Source: an uncultured delta proteobacterium | Lineage (GTDB): Bacteria; Desulfobacterota; Binatia; HRBIN30; BPIQ01 | Assembly: GCA_963761335.1 (NCBI GenBank) | Contig: CAVXGR010000016.1 | Span: forward strand, 96,001 to 160,000 | Direction: 5' to 3' | DNA: 64,000 nt | Shown here: positions 19,181 through 28,561 of the stretch, piece by piece | Position numbering within the stretch: the stretch's first letter is position 1 | Layout of the letters: each line of letters opens with the position of its first letter | Program-made: the position numbers and the translations under genes | Notes under the pieces: model-generated | Seen by the model: only the letters and a program-made list of their open reading frames with translations | Database searches by the model: none | What the model was told of the DNA's origin: nothing

Positions 19181-20359
19181 ATGACACATCGGCTCCAAAT
19201 GATCATCGGCCTCGCCACGGCGGCCCTGATGAGCGGATGCGGCGGCTCGAGTGCGCCGCCGGGAGCGCTCGCTCCCACATCGACGCCGAGCGCGGCGCCC
19301 ACCGCGAGCGCCGTCGTTGCGACGCCGACGGCGACTCCCGAGTCCGGCGATCGGCAGGTGTTCGCCATCGCCACCGACTTCGACACCGGCTCGTTCGCCA
19401 CGGTGGCGCTCGACGACCGCGGGGTGAGCCCGGTCTCTGCGCAGCGACGGGTGCACAGCGATGCGGTGCCGCGCGTCTTTGGCGGCCTCGTCTACGTCGT
19501 CAACCGCTTCGGCGCCGACAACATCCAGGTCCTCGATCCGGGTCGAGACTTCGAGACGCGCTTCCAATGCTCCACCGGCAACGGCTCGAACCCGCACGAC
19601 ATCGCCTTCGTCGATGCGCAGAAGGCGTACGTCAGCCTCTACCAGGAGACCGATCTGCTGATCGTGAATCCGTCGGCGGCGAGCGACTGCAGCGATTTCG
19701 TCCTCGGCCGCGTCGATCTGTCGGCCTTCGCCGACAAAGACGGCATACCCGAGATGGACCAGATGGCCATCGTCGGCGGCAAGCTCTACGTAGCCCTGCA
19801 GCACCTCGACCGCAACAACTTCTTCCAGCCCGCCGAGGCCGGCGAGATCGCCATCGTCGACGTCGCCACCGATGCCGTCGAGGGGAGCATCACCCTTTCG
19901 GGGACGAACCCGGTGGAGTCGACCAAGGGGCTGCCGGTCTCCGGAGACAGCCTGGTTCTCGGAGAGACCGGCAGCTTCGGAGTGAACGACGGCGGCATCG
20001 AGCGCGTCGATCTGGGCAGCGGCCAGGCGCAGGGATTCTTCATCACCGACGCCGATCTCGGCGGCGACATCACCGACTTCGCCCTCGTCTCCGATCGCCT
20101 CGGCTACGCGGTCGTGTCGCTGCCGGATTTCACCAGCGCCCTGGTCTCGTTTGACCCGCTGGACCGCACGAGTAGGGTGATTGCCGGGAGTGATTTCTTG
20201 TCGGACATCGAGCTCGACGATCGCGGCGAGATCTACGCGGCGGACCGGACGCTCACGGCGCCGGGGCTGCGGGTGTTTCGCACCGAGGACGGCGCCGAGT
20301 TGACGCCGGCGCCGCTGCCGCTCGGCCTGCCGCCGTTCGAGCTCGTCTTCCTGAAATGA
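19181..20359 (+). CDS. Lipoprotein with probable beta-propeller fold (YncE/BtuG-like)
   Basis: Lipobox LMSGC, PT-rich linker, repeats VYVVNR, NPHDIAFV..KAYVS, KLYVALQ; GAGGAG RBS. Confidence 0.75.
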   Translation: MTHRLQMIIGLATAALMSGCGGSSAPPGALAPTSTPSAAPTASAVVATPTATPESGDRQVFAIATDFDTGSFATVALDDRGVSPVSAQRRVHSDAVPRVFGGLVYVVNRFGADNIQVLDPGRDFETRFQCSTGNGSNPHDIAFVDAQKAYVSLYQETDLLIVNPSAASDCSDFVLGRVDLSAFADKDGIPEMDQMAIVGGKLYVALQHLDRNNFFQPAEAGEIAIVDVATDAVEGSITLSGTNPVESTKGLPVSGDSLVLGETGSFGVNDGGIERVDLGSGQAQGFFITDADLGGDITDFALVSDRLGYAVVSLPDFTSALVSFDPLDRTSRVIAGSDFLSDIELDDRGEIYAADRTLTAPGLRVFRTEDGAELTPAPLPLGLPPFELVFLK

Positions 20360-21228
20360 AGCGCTGCGGTACTCTCTGCGCGGTCGCACTGCTGGCCGGG
20401 CTGCTGTCGCCGGCGGGCGCTGCGGCGATGCGCCTGATCTCACTGGCGCCGTCGGTCACCGAGACGCTCTTTGCCATCGGTGCCGGCGACCAGGTGGTCG
20501 GCATCTCCACGTACTGCGACTACCCGCCGGAGGCGATCGGGATCGACCGGGTCGGCTCGTTTCTCACCCCCGACCTGGAGGCGATCGTCGCCAAGCGTCC
20601 CGACCTGGTGATCGGCGTGCCCAGCCCGACGAACCGCGACCCGGTGCAGGCGCTGGAGCGCCTCGGGCTGAAGGTTCTCATCGTCGATCCGCAGACGGTG
20701 GAACAGATCGAGAGCGCCATCGGGCGTATCGCCGCCGCAGTCGGTCGTCCGGAGGCGGGGCGGGCGTTGGTGCGCTCGATCCGGGCGGACATTGCCGACA
20801 CCGAGGCGCGCCTGCGCGGCGCGGCGCCGCGCCGGGTGTTGATGGTGGTGGGGCAGACGCCGCTGGTGGCGGTTGGCAGCGGCGTCTTTCAGGATGAGCT
20901 CATCCACATGGCGCACGGCATCAATGTCGCCGCGGAAGCCCACTCCGAGTGGCCGCACCTGAGCCTCGAGTTCGTTCTGGCGCGGGCGCCGCAAGTGATC
21001 ATCGACACCACCATGGGGACCGAGGAGCAGCCCGCGGTGGAGGCAGCGAACGGCTTCTGGAGCCGCTTTCCGACGCTGCCGGCGGTGCGCGAGCAGCATA
21101 TCTACGGCTATCGCGAGTACGCGCTTCTGCGTCCCGGCCCGCGCATCGGCAGCGCCTTCCGCAGCATCGCCCGCTTCATTCACCCCGAGCGCTTCGCGGC
21201 GGCAGCGGCGCGCCAGGACGACCGGTGA
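20356..21228 (+). CDS. btuF: Cobalamin-binding periplasmic protein
   Basis: RLISLAPSVTETLFAIGAG..VVG...CDYP, LEAIVAKRPDLV, RPGPR. Confidence 0.88.
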   Translation: MKRCGTLCAVALLAGLLSPAGAAAMRLISLAPSVTETLFAIGAGDQVVGISTYCDYPPEAIGIDRVGSFLTPDLEAIVAKRPDLVIGVPSPTNRDPVQALERLGLKVLIVDPQTVEQIESAIGRIAAAVGRPEAGRALVRSIRADIADTEARLRGAAPRRVLMVVGQTPLVAVGSGVFQDELIHMAHGINVAAEAHSEWPHLSLEFVLARAPQVIIDTTMGTEEQPAVEAANGFWSRFPTLPAVREQHIYGYREYALLRPGPRIGSAFRSIARFIHPERFAAAAARQDDR

Positions 21229-22283
21229 CCTACCCCTCGGCCGAGAGCGCCGCGGCGCCGGTGCAGTCGGGGGTGCTGCGCCACCTCACGCGCGCCCGCT
21301 TCGGTGCCGTGCTCGCGGTGCTGGGGCTGGCCGCCCTGGCCACGGTGGTGCTGGCGGCGCTGATCGGCCCGGTGTCGATCTCGCTGCCGCGTGCCCTCTT
21401 TGGCCCGGTTGCGGACAACGTCGATCGCGTCATTCTGTTGCAGACGCGACTGCCGCGCATTCTCCTCGGACTGGTGATCGGCGGTGGGCTGGCCGCTTCC
21501 GGCGCGGCGCTCCAGGCGATGATGCGCAACCCGCTCGCCGAGCCCCACATCCTCGGCGTCTCCGGCGGCGCCGCCCTCGGCGGCGTGCTGACCGTGATTC
21601 TCGCTGGCCGCAGCCCGGCGACCGAGCTCTCGATGCTGCCTCTCGGCTCGTTTGCAGGAGCCCTGCTGGCGACGGCGCTGGTGTACCGCCTGGGGATGGT
21701 GCGTGGTCGGCTCCATCCCTACACGCTGCTGCTCGCCGGGGTGGTGTGCAACGCCGTGGCCGGGGCACTGATTCTCTTCATCAACTCGATCGCCAATGCC
21801 TACCAGGCGCAGGGGATCATCTTCTGGCTCATCGGCAGCCTACAGACGCAGAGCTACGCCTTGGTGGGCGTCATCAGCGTCTATGTCCTCACCGGCCTGG
21901 CGCTGCTCTGGGGGCAGGCACGGCAGCTCAACCTGCTCAGCCTCGGCGACGAGGACGCCTGGCACCTCGGCGTCGACGTCGAGCGCACGCGGCGCATCGC
22001 CTTCGGCGCCTCGGCGCTGCTGGTGGGCGCCGTGGTCTCCGTCAGCGGCATGATCGGCTTCGTCGGACTCATCATCCCTCACGTGGCGCGCCTACTACTC
22101 GGCGCCGACAACCGCCTCCTGGTGCCCGCATCCTTTCTCGCCGGCGCCATCTTTCTCGTCTGGGCCGACACCGCGGCGCGCACGGTTCTCTCGGTCACCG
22201 AGCTGCCGGTGGGGGTGATCACGGCGATGTGTGGTGGTCCGTTCTTCGTCTATCTGCTGCGCCGCCAGGGGAGGGGGCACTGA
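21225..22283 (+). CDS. btuC: FecCD/BtuC-family ABC permease
   Basis: RLPR, RNPLAEP.ILGVSGGA, A.HLGVDV, IGFVGLIIPH, LPVGVITA; GTGA overlap with btuF. Confidence 0.88.
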   Translation: MTYPSAESAAAPVQSGVLRHLTRARFGAVLAVLGLAALATVVLAALIGPVSISLPRALFGPVADNVDRVILLQTRLPRILLGLVIGGGLAASGAALQAMMRNPLAEPHILGVSGGAALGGVLTVILAGRSPATELSMLPLGSFAGALLATALVYRLGMVRGRLHPYTLLLAGVVCNAVAGALILFINSIANAYQAQGIIFWLIGSLQTQSYALVGVISVYVLTGLALLWGQARQLNLLSLGDEDAWHLGVDVERTRRIAFGASALLVGAVVSVSGMIGFVGLIIPHVARLLLGADNRLLVPASFLAGAIFLVWADTAARTVLSVTELPVGVITAMCGGPFFVYLLRRQGRGH

Positions 22284-22303
22284 GCACCGCGCCCGCTATC
22301 GAG

Positions 22304-23071
22304 ATGCGCGGCGTCGACTTCGCCTACGGCGGCCGCAAGGCGGTCGACAGCGTCGAGGTCGCGGTGTCGGCCGGCGAGATGCTCGGCCTGATCGGACCGA
22401 ACGGCTCGGGCAAATCGACGCTCCTGCGCCTCATGGGCGGCTTCCTGCGGCCGCAGCGCGGCCAGGTGCTCATCGAAGGCCGCGACCTGAGCGCCGTGCG
22501 CGGCGGCGAGCTGGCCCGCCGCGTCGCCGCCGTGGCCCAGGAGCCGGTGATCGATTTTCCGTTCACCGTCGCCGAGGTGGTGCTGATGGGTCGCGCTCCC
22601 CATCTCGGCGGTGCCCTTTTCGAGAGCGATGCCGATCTGGCGGCGGCGCGCGCGGCGATGCGGCGGACGGGAGTTCTGCCGCTGGCGGACCGGCCGATTC
22701 ACGAGCTCAGCGGCGGTGAGCGGCAGCGGGTCATCCTCGCCCGCGCCCTGGCGCAGGACTGTCCGCTGCTGCTGCTGGACGAGCCGACCACCTTTCTGGA
22801 CATCCGCCATCAGGCCGACATGTACGACCTCCTCGGCGGATTGCGCCGCGAGGGGCGCACCGTGGTCGCCGCCTTGCACGACCTCAACCTGGCGTCGATC
22901 TACTTCCCGCGTCTGGCGCTGATGAGCGCCGGCCGCTTGCTGGCCGTGGGTCCCCCCGAGGAGGTGCTCACCGCGGCACACCTGGTGGTTGCCTACGGCA
23001 CCGAGGTGCAGATCGAGCGCAATCGCCTGACCGGCGCCATCAATGTCTGGCCGGTGAGCCGCTCGCAATAG
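22304..23071 (+). CDS. btuD: Cobalamin/iron-chelate ABC ATP-binding protein
   Basis: GPNGSGKST, LSGGERQR, LLDEPT, LHDLNLA. Confidence 0.88.
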   Translation: MRGVDFAYGGRKAVDSVEVAVSAGEMLGLIGPNGSGKSTLLRLMGGFLRPQRGQVLIEGRDLSAVRGGELARRVAAVAQEPVIDFPFTVAEVVLMGRAPHLGGALFESDADLAAARAAMRRTGVLPLADRPIHELSGGERQRVILARALAQDCPLLLLDEPTTFLDIRHQADMYDLLGGLRREGRTVVAALHDLNLASIYFPRLALMSAGRLLAVGPPEEVLTAAHLVVAYGTEVQIERNRLTGAINVWPVSRSQ

Positions 23072-23164
23072 TCCGCTGCGGCGTTGCCGGCGCCAACCCT
23101 TGGTTGACTTCTGCTCGCGCTTCGTGTTAGCCGGATCAGTTGAGGGAAAGGCCCCGAAAAACCA

Positions 23165-23590
23165 ATGTATTTTCAATTCGCGAACGTACTCGTGTTCTTC
23201 TTTCTGTCGTTCGCCTTCGTGGGCGCTCTCCTGGGACTGGCATCGCTGCTGCGGCCGAACAATCCCACGCCGCTGAAGCTGATGCCGTACGAATGTGGCG
23301 AGCCCCCCACGGGGTCCGCCTGGGTGAACTTCAATATCCGCTTTTATCTGGTCGCGTTGATCTTCGTGATCTTCGAGGTCGAGATCGCCTTCATGGTTCC
23401 GGTGGCGACGGTCTTCAAGGAATGGGTCGTCGCCGGCAGAGGCGTGTACGCGCTGACCGAGATCGTCGTCTTCCTGGGCATTCTCTTCGTCGGTCTGGCG
23501 CACGTCTGGGCGAAGGGGGATCTCGATTGGCTCAAGAAGGTCGAGCCGCCCGCGGAGCCGGAAACAGAACGGCTGCGTCAGGCCGCGTGA
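23165..23590 (+). CDS. nuoA: NADH-quinone oxidoreductase subunit A
   Basis: [26 protein letters not shown]. Confidence 0.95.
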   Translation: MYFQFANVLVFFFLSFAFVGALLGLASLLRPNNPTPLKLMPYECGEPPTGSAWVNFNIRFYLVALIFVIFEVEIAFMVPVATVFKEWVVAGRGVYALTEIVVFLGILFVGLAHVWAKGDLDWLKKVEPPAEPETERLRQAA

Positions 23591-23615
23591 TTCAGGTGGG
23601 GCAGGGGGGTCGACG

Positions 23616-24122
23616 ATGTCGCTCGTGAACGCGTTTCCAGAGATGGTCGTGACCACCAAGGCCGACCAGCTTCTCAACTGGACGCGCAAGTCTTCCGTAT
23701 GGTGGATGCTCTTCGGATTGGCCTGCTGTGCCATCGAGATGATGCAGACGCAGGGCCCGCGCGCCGATGTCGACCGTTTCGGCGCGGTGCCGCGCGCCTC
23801 GCCGCGGCAGTCCGATCTGATGATCGTCGCCGGCACGCTCACGCTGAAGATGGCGCTGCGCACCAAGCTGCTCTACGAGCAGATGCCGGAGCCCCGCTAC
23901 GTCGTCTCCATGGGGAGCTGCGCCAACTGTGGCGGCCTCTTTCAGCTGGCCTACTCCGTGTGTGACGGGGTGGACAAGGTCATTCCCGTCGACGTTTACG
24001 TCCCCGGCTGCCCGCCCCGCCCGGAGGCGCTGACCGAGGGCATCCTCAAGATCCAGGAAAAGATGATGCAGGAGAAGTGGCTGGTCCGCCGGCGTTCGAC
24101 GGACCAGACGGCTGCGGCGTAA
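23616..24122 (+). CDS. nuoB: NADH-quinone oxidoreductase subunit B
   Basis: [33 protein letters not shown] (N2 ligands). Confidence 0.97.
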   Translation: MSLVNAFPEMVVTTKADQLLNWTRKSSVWWMLFGLACCAIEMMQTQGPRADVDRFGAVPRASPRQSDLMIVAGTLTLKMALRTKLLYEQMPEPRYVVSMGSCANCGGLFQLAYSVCDGVDKVIPVDVYVPGCPPRPEALTEGILKIQEKMMQEKWLVRRRSTDQTAAA

Positions 24123-24134
24123 GGCACTTTTCCG

Positions 24135-24629
24135 ATGGATGCTGCGGCGATTCACCAGCGCCTCAAAGCGCAGTTTGGGGAGCGGATCCTCTCGTGCAAT
24201 CTGGAGGCGCTGGACCCGTGGATCGACGTCGAGGCGAGCGCCATCGCCGAGGTGGCTGCGGCTCTCCACGGCGACCCCGACCTGGCCTTCGATTCCCTCT
24301 CCAACCTGACCGGGGTGGACCGCAAGGCGGACGACCTGCTGGAGGTCGTCTATCATCTCTACTCGTACCCCCACCGGCACTCCATCGTTCTCAAGGTGAC
24401 CACGCCCCGCCAGGCGCCGAGCGTGCCGACGCTGGAGAACGTGTGGAAGGCGGCGAACTGGCTCGAGCGCGAGGCCTACGACCTGATGGGCGTCGTCTTC
24501 GACGGTCACAGCGATCTGCGGCGCCTGCTGATGCCGGAGGACTGGATCGGCCATCCGCAGCGCAAGGACTTCGTCGAGCCCGAGGAGTACCACGGCATCA
24601 GCACGCGCCGCGAGAGCCTGCTGCGCTAG
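24135..24629 (+). CDS. nuoC: NADH-quinone oxidoreductase subunit C
   Basis: ANWLEREAYDLMG..F.GH.DLRRLL...DW.GHP.RKDF. Confidence 0.96.
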   Translation: MDAAAIHQRLKAQFGERILSCNLEALDPWIDVEASAIAEVAAALHGDPDLAFDSLSNLTGVDRKADDLLEVVYHLYSYPHRHSIVLKVTTPRQAPSVPTLENVWKAANWLEREAYDLMGVVFDGHSDLRRLLMPEDWIGHPQRKDFVEPEEYHGISTRRESLLR

Positions 24630-24650
24630 CGAGGGAGTGGGGGACGCTGC

Positions 24651-25811
24651 ATGAGCATGGCCGGATTCGAGGTCGAGGTCGAGCAGGTCGGCAAGTCGGG
24701 GCTGGAGACCGAGGAGATGACCCTCAACATGGGTCCGCAGCACCCGAGCACGCACGGGGTGCTGCGCTTCATCGTCAAGGCCGACGGCGAGGTGATGCGC
24801 GAGGCGATTCCCGACGTCGGCTACCTGCATCGCTCGATCGAGAAGATCTCGGAGAAGGTCGGCTACCACGGCTTCATGCCGTATACCGACCGGGTCGACT
24901 ATGTCGCCGCCATGTTCTGCAACCAGGGATGGGGCATGGTGTGCGAGAAGCTGGCGGGCATCGAGGTGCCGAAGCGCGGCGAGTACTGCCGCGTCATCGC
25001 CGCCGAGCTCAACCGCATCGGCAGCCACCTGCTGTCCGCGGGAACCATGATCCTCGACATCGGGGCACAGACGCCGTTCATCTACGCCTTCCGCGAGCGC
25101 GAGAAGATCAACGACCTGCTGGAGGAGCTCTGCGGGGCGCGGCTGACCTACAATTACATGCGCATCGGCGGCGTCGCCTGGGATCTGCCGCCGCAGTTCG
25201 CCGAACGCGTCGTCGCCTTCGTCGACCTCTTCGAGCCGCTCCTCGACGAGTTCAACGATTTCATCAGCTTCAACAAGATCTACGTCGATCGCCTCGCCGA
25301 CGTCGCGCCGACGTCGGCCGAGGTGGCCATCAACTACAATCTGGTGGGGCCGAACCTGCGTGCCGCGGGCGTCAAGTACGACGTGCGCCGCGACCAGCCG
25401 TACTCCGTCTATCCGGAGCTCGACTTCGAGATTCCGGTGGGCAGCGGCGAGGTGGGCACCGTCGGCGACTGCTTCGACCGCTACATCGTCCGCATCCGCG
25501 AGATGAAGGAGAGCTGCAAAATCCTGCGGCAGTGCTTTGCGCAGATGCCGGACGGTCCGGTGATCGCCAAGGTGCCGCGCAAGTTCAAGCCCAAGGCGGG
25601 TGATGCCTACGTGCGCGTCGAGAGCGCCCGCGGCGACATGGGCTGGTACTGCATCAGCGACGGCACCGAGTTCCCGTATCGCACTCACGTGCGCACCGGC
25701 TCCTTCTCGGCGATGAGCATCATCGACCGGCTGTCGCGCGGGCTCATGCTGGCCGATCTGGTGGCGCTGATCTCGAGCCTCGACATCGTCGCCCCGGAAG
25801 TGGACCGCTAG
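24651..25811 (+). CDS. nuoD: NADH-quinone oxidoreductase subunit D
   Basis: [34 protein letters not shown]-terminal EVDR; no NiFe CxxC pairs. Confidence 0.97.
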   Translation: MSMAGFEVEVEQVGKSGLETEEMTLNMGPQHPSTHGVLRFIVKADGEVMREAIPDVGYLHRSIEKISEKVGYHGFMPYTDRVDYVAAMFCNQGWGMVCEKLAGIEVPKRGEYCRVIAAELNRIGSHLLSAGTMILDIGAQTPFIYAFREREKINDLLEELCGARLTYNYMRIGGVAWDLPPQFAERVVAFVDLFEPLLDEFNDFISFNKIYVDRLADVAPTSAEVAINYNLVGPNLRAAGVKYDVRRDQPYSVYPELDFEIPVGSGEVGTVGDCFDRYIVRIREMKESCKILRQCFAQMPDGPVIAKVPRKFKPKAGDAYVRVESARGDMGWYCISDGTEFPYRTHVRTGSFSAMSIIDRLSRGLMLADLVALISSLDIVAPEVDR

Positions 25812-25834
25812 TGCGCCGCGCCGCGAGCTGAGCC

Positions 25835-27034
25835 ATGCAGCATTTCCTCGACGGGCTGATCGCCCAGCACACCTTCGGCAACGCCCCCCGCGACGTCGTC
25901 TACGCCGTGGGCATGATCGTCTTCGGGCTGATCGTCATCCTCGGCTTCGTCCTCAACGTCGCCGGCGTGACCACCTTCATCGAGCGGCGCGTGTGGGCGC
26001 GCATGCAGGGGCGCGTCGGCCCCAACCGGGTCGGCCCGCAGGGCATCCTGCAGTGGCTGGTGGACGGCGTGAAGCTGCACATGAAGGAGGACATCGTCCC
26101 CACCGACTCGGATCCGCGCCTCTTCCGCCTGGCGCCCTACGTGGTCGTGCTCGGCTTTGTCTCCACCTTCGTGGTCATCCCCTTCTCCAGCAGTCTGGTG
26201 ATCGCCGACATGAACGTCGGCCTGCTCTATCTGCTGGCGGTGACCTCGTTCGTGGTCCTCGGCATTCTCATGGCCGGGTGGTCGTCGAACAACAAGTGGT
26301 CGCTCATCGGCGGCATCCGCTCGGCGGCGCAGATCGTCAGCTACGAGGTGCCTGCCGGCATGTCGCTGCTGACCGTGGTGCTGATCGCCGGCACCCTGCG
26401 CCTGCAGGGCATCATCGGGCAGCAGGGCTGGGGCCCGTGGGACTGGTTCCTCTTCAACAGCCCGTTTACCTTCGTGGCCTTCTTCATCTTCTTCATCGCC
26501 GCCCTCGCCGAGGGCAATCGCACGCCCTTCGACCTGCCGGAGGCGGAGTCGGAGCTGGTGGCCGGCTTCGTGACCGAGTACTCCGGGGTGCGCTACCTGA
26601 TGTTCTTCCTGGTCGAGTGGGGCAACCTCTACGTCATCGGCGCCGTGCTCGTCACTCTGTTCCTCGGCGGCTGGCAGGTGCCGCCGATCTTCGGGGACGG
26701 TGTCCTGCGAACCGTCGCCGAGTTCCTCACCTTCTTCCTCAAGTCCTACTTCTTCGTCTTCGTCGCCATGTGGATCCGCGCCACCCTGCCGCGCGTGCGC
26801 GTCGACCAGCTGATGGCGCTCTGCTGGAAGTATCTGGTGCCGATCTCCTTCCTGAATCTCCTCGGGGCGGCGTGCTGGGTCGTCCTGCTGCCGGAGGGGA
26901 GCCGCATCATGCAGCTGCTGATGACCGCCGTCGGCGGGGCGCTGGTGGTGATGTTCTTCTGGCGCGTCGGCTACCATCTGCGCCGCGCCCGCATCCGCGA
27001 GAACAAGCAGCTGTGGCTGAGCCCGCTGTCGTGA
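25835..27034 (+). CDS. nuoH: NADH-quinone oxidoreductase subunit H
   Basis: ERR..ARMQGRVGPNRVGP.G, AQIVSYE, NRTPFDLPEAESELVAG..TEYSG, PRVRVDQLM. Confidence 0.97.
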   Translation: MQHFLDGLIAQHTFGNAPRDVVYAVGMIVFGLIVILGFVLNVAGVTTFIERRVWARMQGRVGPNRVGPQGILQWLVDGVKLHMKEDIVPTDSDPRLFRLAPYVVVLGFVSTFVVIPFSSSLVIADMNVGLLYLLAVTSFVVLGILMAGWSSNNKWSLIGGIRSAAQIVSYEVPAGMSLLTVVLIAGTLRLQGIIGQQGWGPWDWFLFNSPFTFVAFFIFFIAALAEGNRTPFDLPEAESELVAGFVTEYSGVRYLMFFLVEWGNLYVIGAVLVTLFLGGWQVPPIFGDGVLRTVAEFLTFFLKSYFFVFVAMWIRATLPRVRVDQLMALCWKYLVPISFLNLLGAACWVVLLPEGSRIMQLLMTAVGGALVVMFFWRVGYHLRRARIRENKQLWLSPLS

Positions 27035-27041
27035 GGGCCGC

Positions 27042-27596
27042 ATGAAGAAGAAGAGCGGTTACTTCCAGAACATCAAGGACACCTGCACGACCATCTTCGA
27101 GGGGATGGCGGTGACCTTCTCCTACCTGGTGCGCAAGCCGTCGACGATCCAGTATCCGGACCGCATGCCGGTGCGGGTGCAGGACACCTTGCCGTTCCGC
27201 TATCGCGGTATCCTCGAGGTCGACCTCGAGATCTGCACCGGTTGCCTCGCCTGTGAGCGCGCCTGTCCGATCGACTGCATCATCATCGAAGCGAAGAAGG
27301 ACATGCAGACGAAGGCGATGGTGTTGACGCGCTTCGATATCGACATGGCCAAGTGCATGTACTGCGGCCTGTGCAGCGAGCCGTGCCCGACGGGGTCCAT
27401 TCATCACACCCCCGAGTTCGAGGGCGCCGACTTCTCGCTCGAGAGCCTGGTGCGGCGCTTCGTCAAGGATCCGGTGATCGCCTACAAGCCCAAGAAGACC
27501 GAAGAGGACGATCCGGAGATCGTGCCGTTGCTCGAGCGCGGCATGCAGTACATCAACGACTTCGCCCAGCCGGCGGAGGAGAAGAAGAGCGCCTGA
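27042..27596 (+). CDS. nuoI: NADH-quinone oxidoreductase subunit I
   Basis: Two CxxCxxCxxxCP motifs; TIQYP. Confidence 0.95.
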   Translation: MKKKSGYFQNIKDTCTTIFEGMAVTFSYLVRKPSTIQYPDRMPVRVQDTLPFRYRGILEVDLEICTGCLACERACPIDCIIIEAKKDMQTKAMVLTRFDIDMAKCMYCGLCSEPCPTGSIHHTPEFEGADFSLESLVRRFVKDPVIAYKPKKTEEDDPEIVPLLERGMQYINDFAQPAEEKKSA

Positions 27597-27605
27597 GGCG
27601 ATGCC

Positions 27606-28121
27606 ATGACCGAGAGCTCGCTTTCCCTTGGACCCCTGGTCTTCTGGATGATTGCGGCGCTGACCATCGTCTCCGCCGCCGGAGTTGCCTTTTCGAAGAA
27701 TATTGTTTACTCAGCCTTCGCCCTGATGGGGTCGTTCATGGGCATCGCGGGACTGTACGTCTATCTCGCGGCCGACTTTGTCGCGGTGGTGCAAGTGCTG
27801 ATCTACGTGGGGGGGATCCTGGTACTGGTCTTGTTCGCGGTAATGCTGACGCATCGCATTGCCGACGTGCGCGTCTCCAACCGCACCGTCGGCCGCTGGC
27901 CGTCGCTGGGCATCATTGGCGTCATCGGCGGCGTGATGGCGTACGCCGTCCTGCACACCCACTGGCCGACCAAGACTCCCGGAGAGGCGGTGTCCAGCGT
28001 CTCCGCCATCGGCAACGCCTTCCTGGGTGACTATGTGCTGCCTTTCGAGCTGGCCTCGGTGGTGCTGCTGGCGGCGCTGATCGGCGCCGTGGTGCTGTCG
28101 CGCAAGGAGCTGCGTTCGTGA
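27606..28121 (+). CDS. nuoJ: NADH-quinone oxidoreductase subunit J
   Basis: QVLIYVGGILVLVLFAVML, YVLPFELAS. Confidence 0.95.
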   Translation: MTESSLSLGPLVFWMIAALTIVSAAGVAFSKNIVYSAFALMGSFMGIAGLYVYLAADFVAVVQVLIYVGGILVLVLFAVMLTHRIADVRVSNRTVGRWPSLGIIGVIGGVMAYAVLHTHWPTKTPGEAVSSVSAIGNAFLGDYVLPFELASVVLLAALIGAVVLSRKELRS

Positions 28122-28429
28122 GCTCGATCGGGCTGAACCACTTCGTCATCGTCAGCCTCGTCGTCTTTGTGCTCGGCCTCTACTGCGTGCTGACGCGGCG
28201 CAACGCCATCGGCATCCTCATGGGAGTCGAGCTGGTGCTGAACGCCGCCAACATCAATTATCTCGCCTTCGCGCGTTACACCTCGGGAACATATGACGGA
28301 CAGATCTTCGCCATCTTCGTGATCATGCTCGCCGCTGCGGAGGCCGCCATCGGCCTCGCCGTCGTGCTCGGCATCTATCAGACCTTTCAGACGATCGACG
28401 TGGAGGCGACGGAAACACTGCGCGGTTGA
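28118..28429 (+). CDS. nuoK: NADH-quinone oxidoreductase subunit K
   Basis: RRN.I..LM.VEL.LNAANIN, AAAEAAIGLA. Confidence 0.95.
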   Translation: MSSIGLNHFVIVSLVVFVLGLYCVLTRRNAIGILMGVELVLNAANINYLAFARYTSGTYDGQIFAIFVIMLAAAEAAIGLAVVLGIYQTFQTIDVEATETLRG

Positions 28430-28561
28430 GGACGATCTCGGCCCGGGGCTGCGTGATTGCGGCGGCGGGGAAATTCCAAGCAATCGATATTGGTACCCTC
28501 GCCAGGCCTGGCCCGGAGGGGGGAGTTGGGCGACGATTCGAGCCGATCAGCATAGGGGACC

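Noticed and set aside
23616..25811. Group 4 NiFe hydrogenase reading of the nuoEFG-less operon
   Set aside because: NuoD lacks both Ni-binding CxxC motifs and has quinone-site motifs; NuoB has the tandem CC
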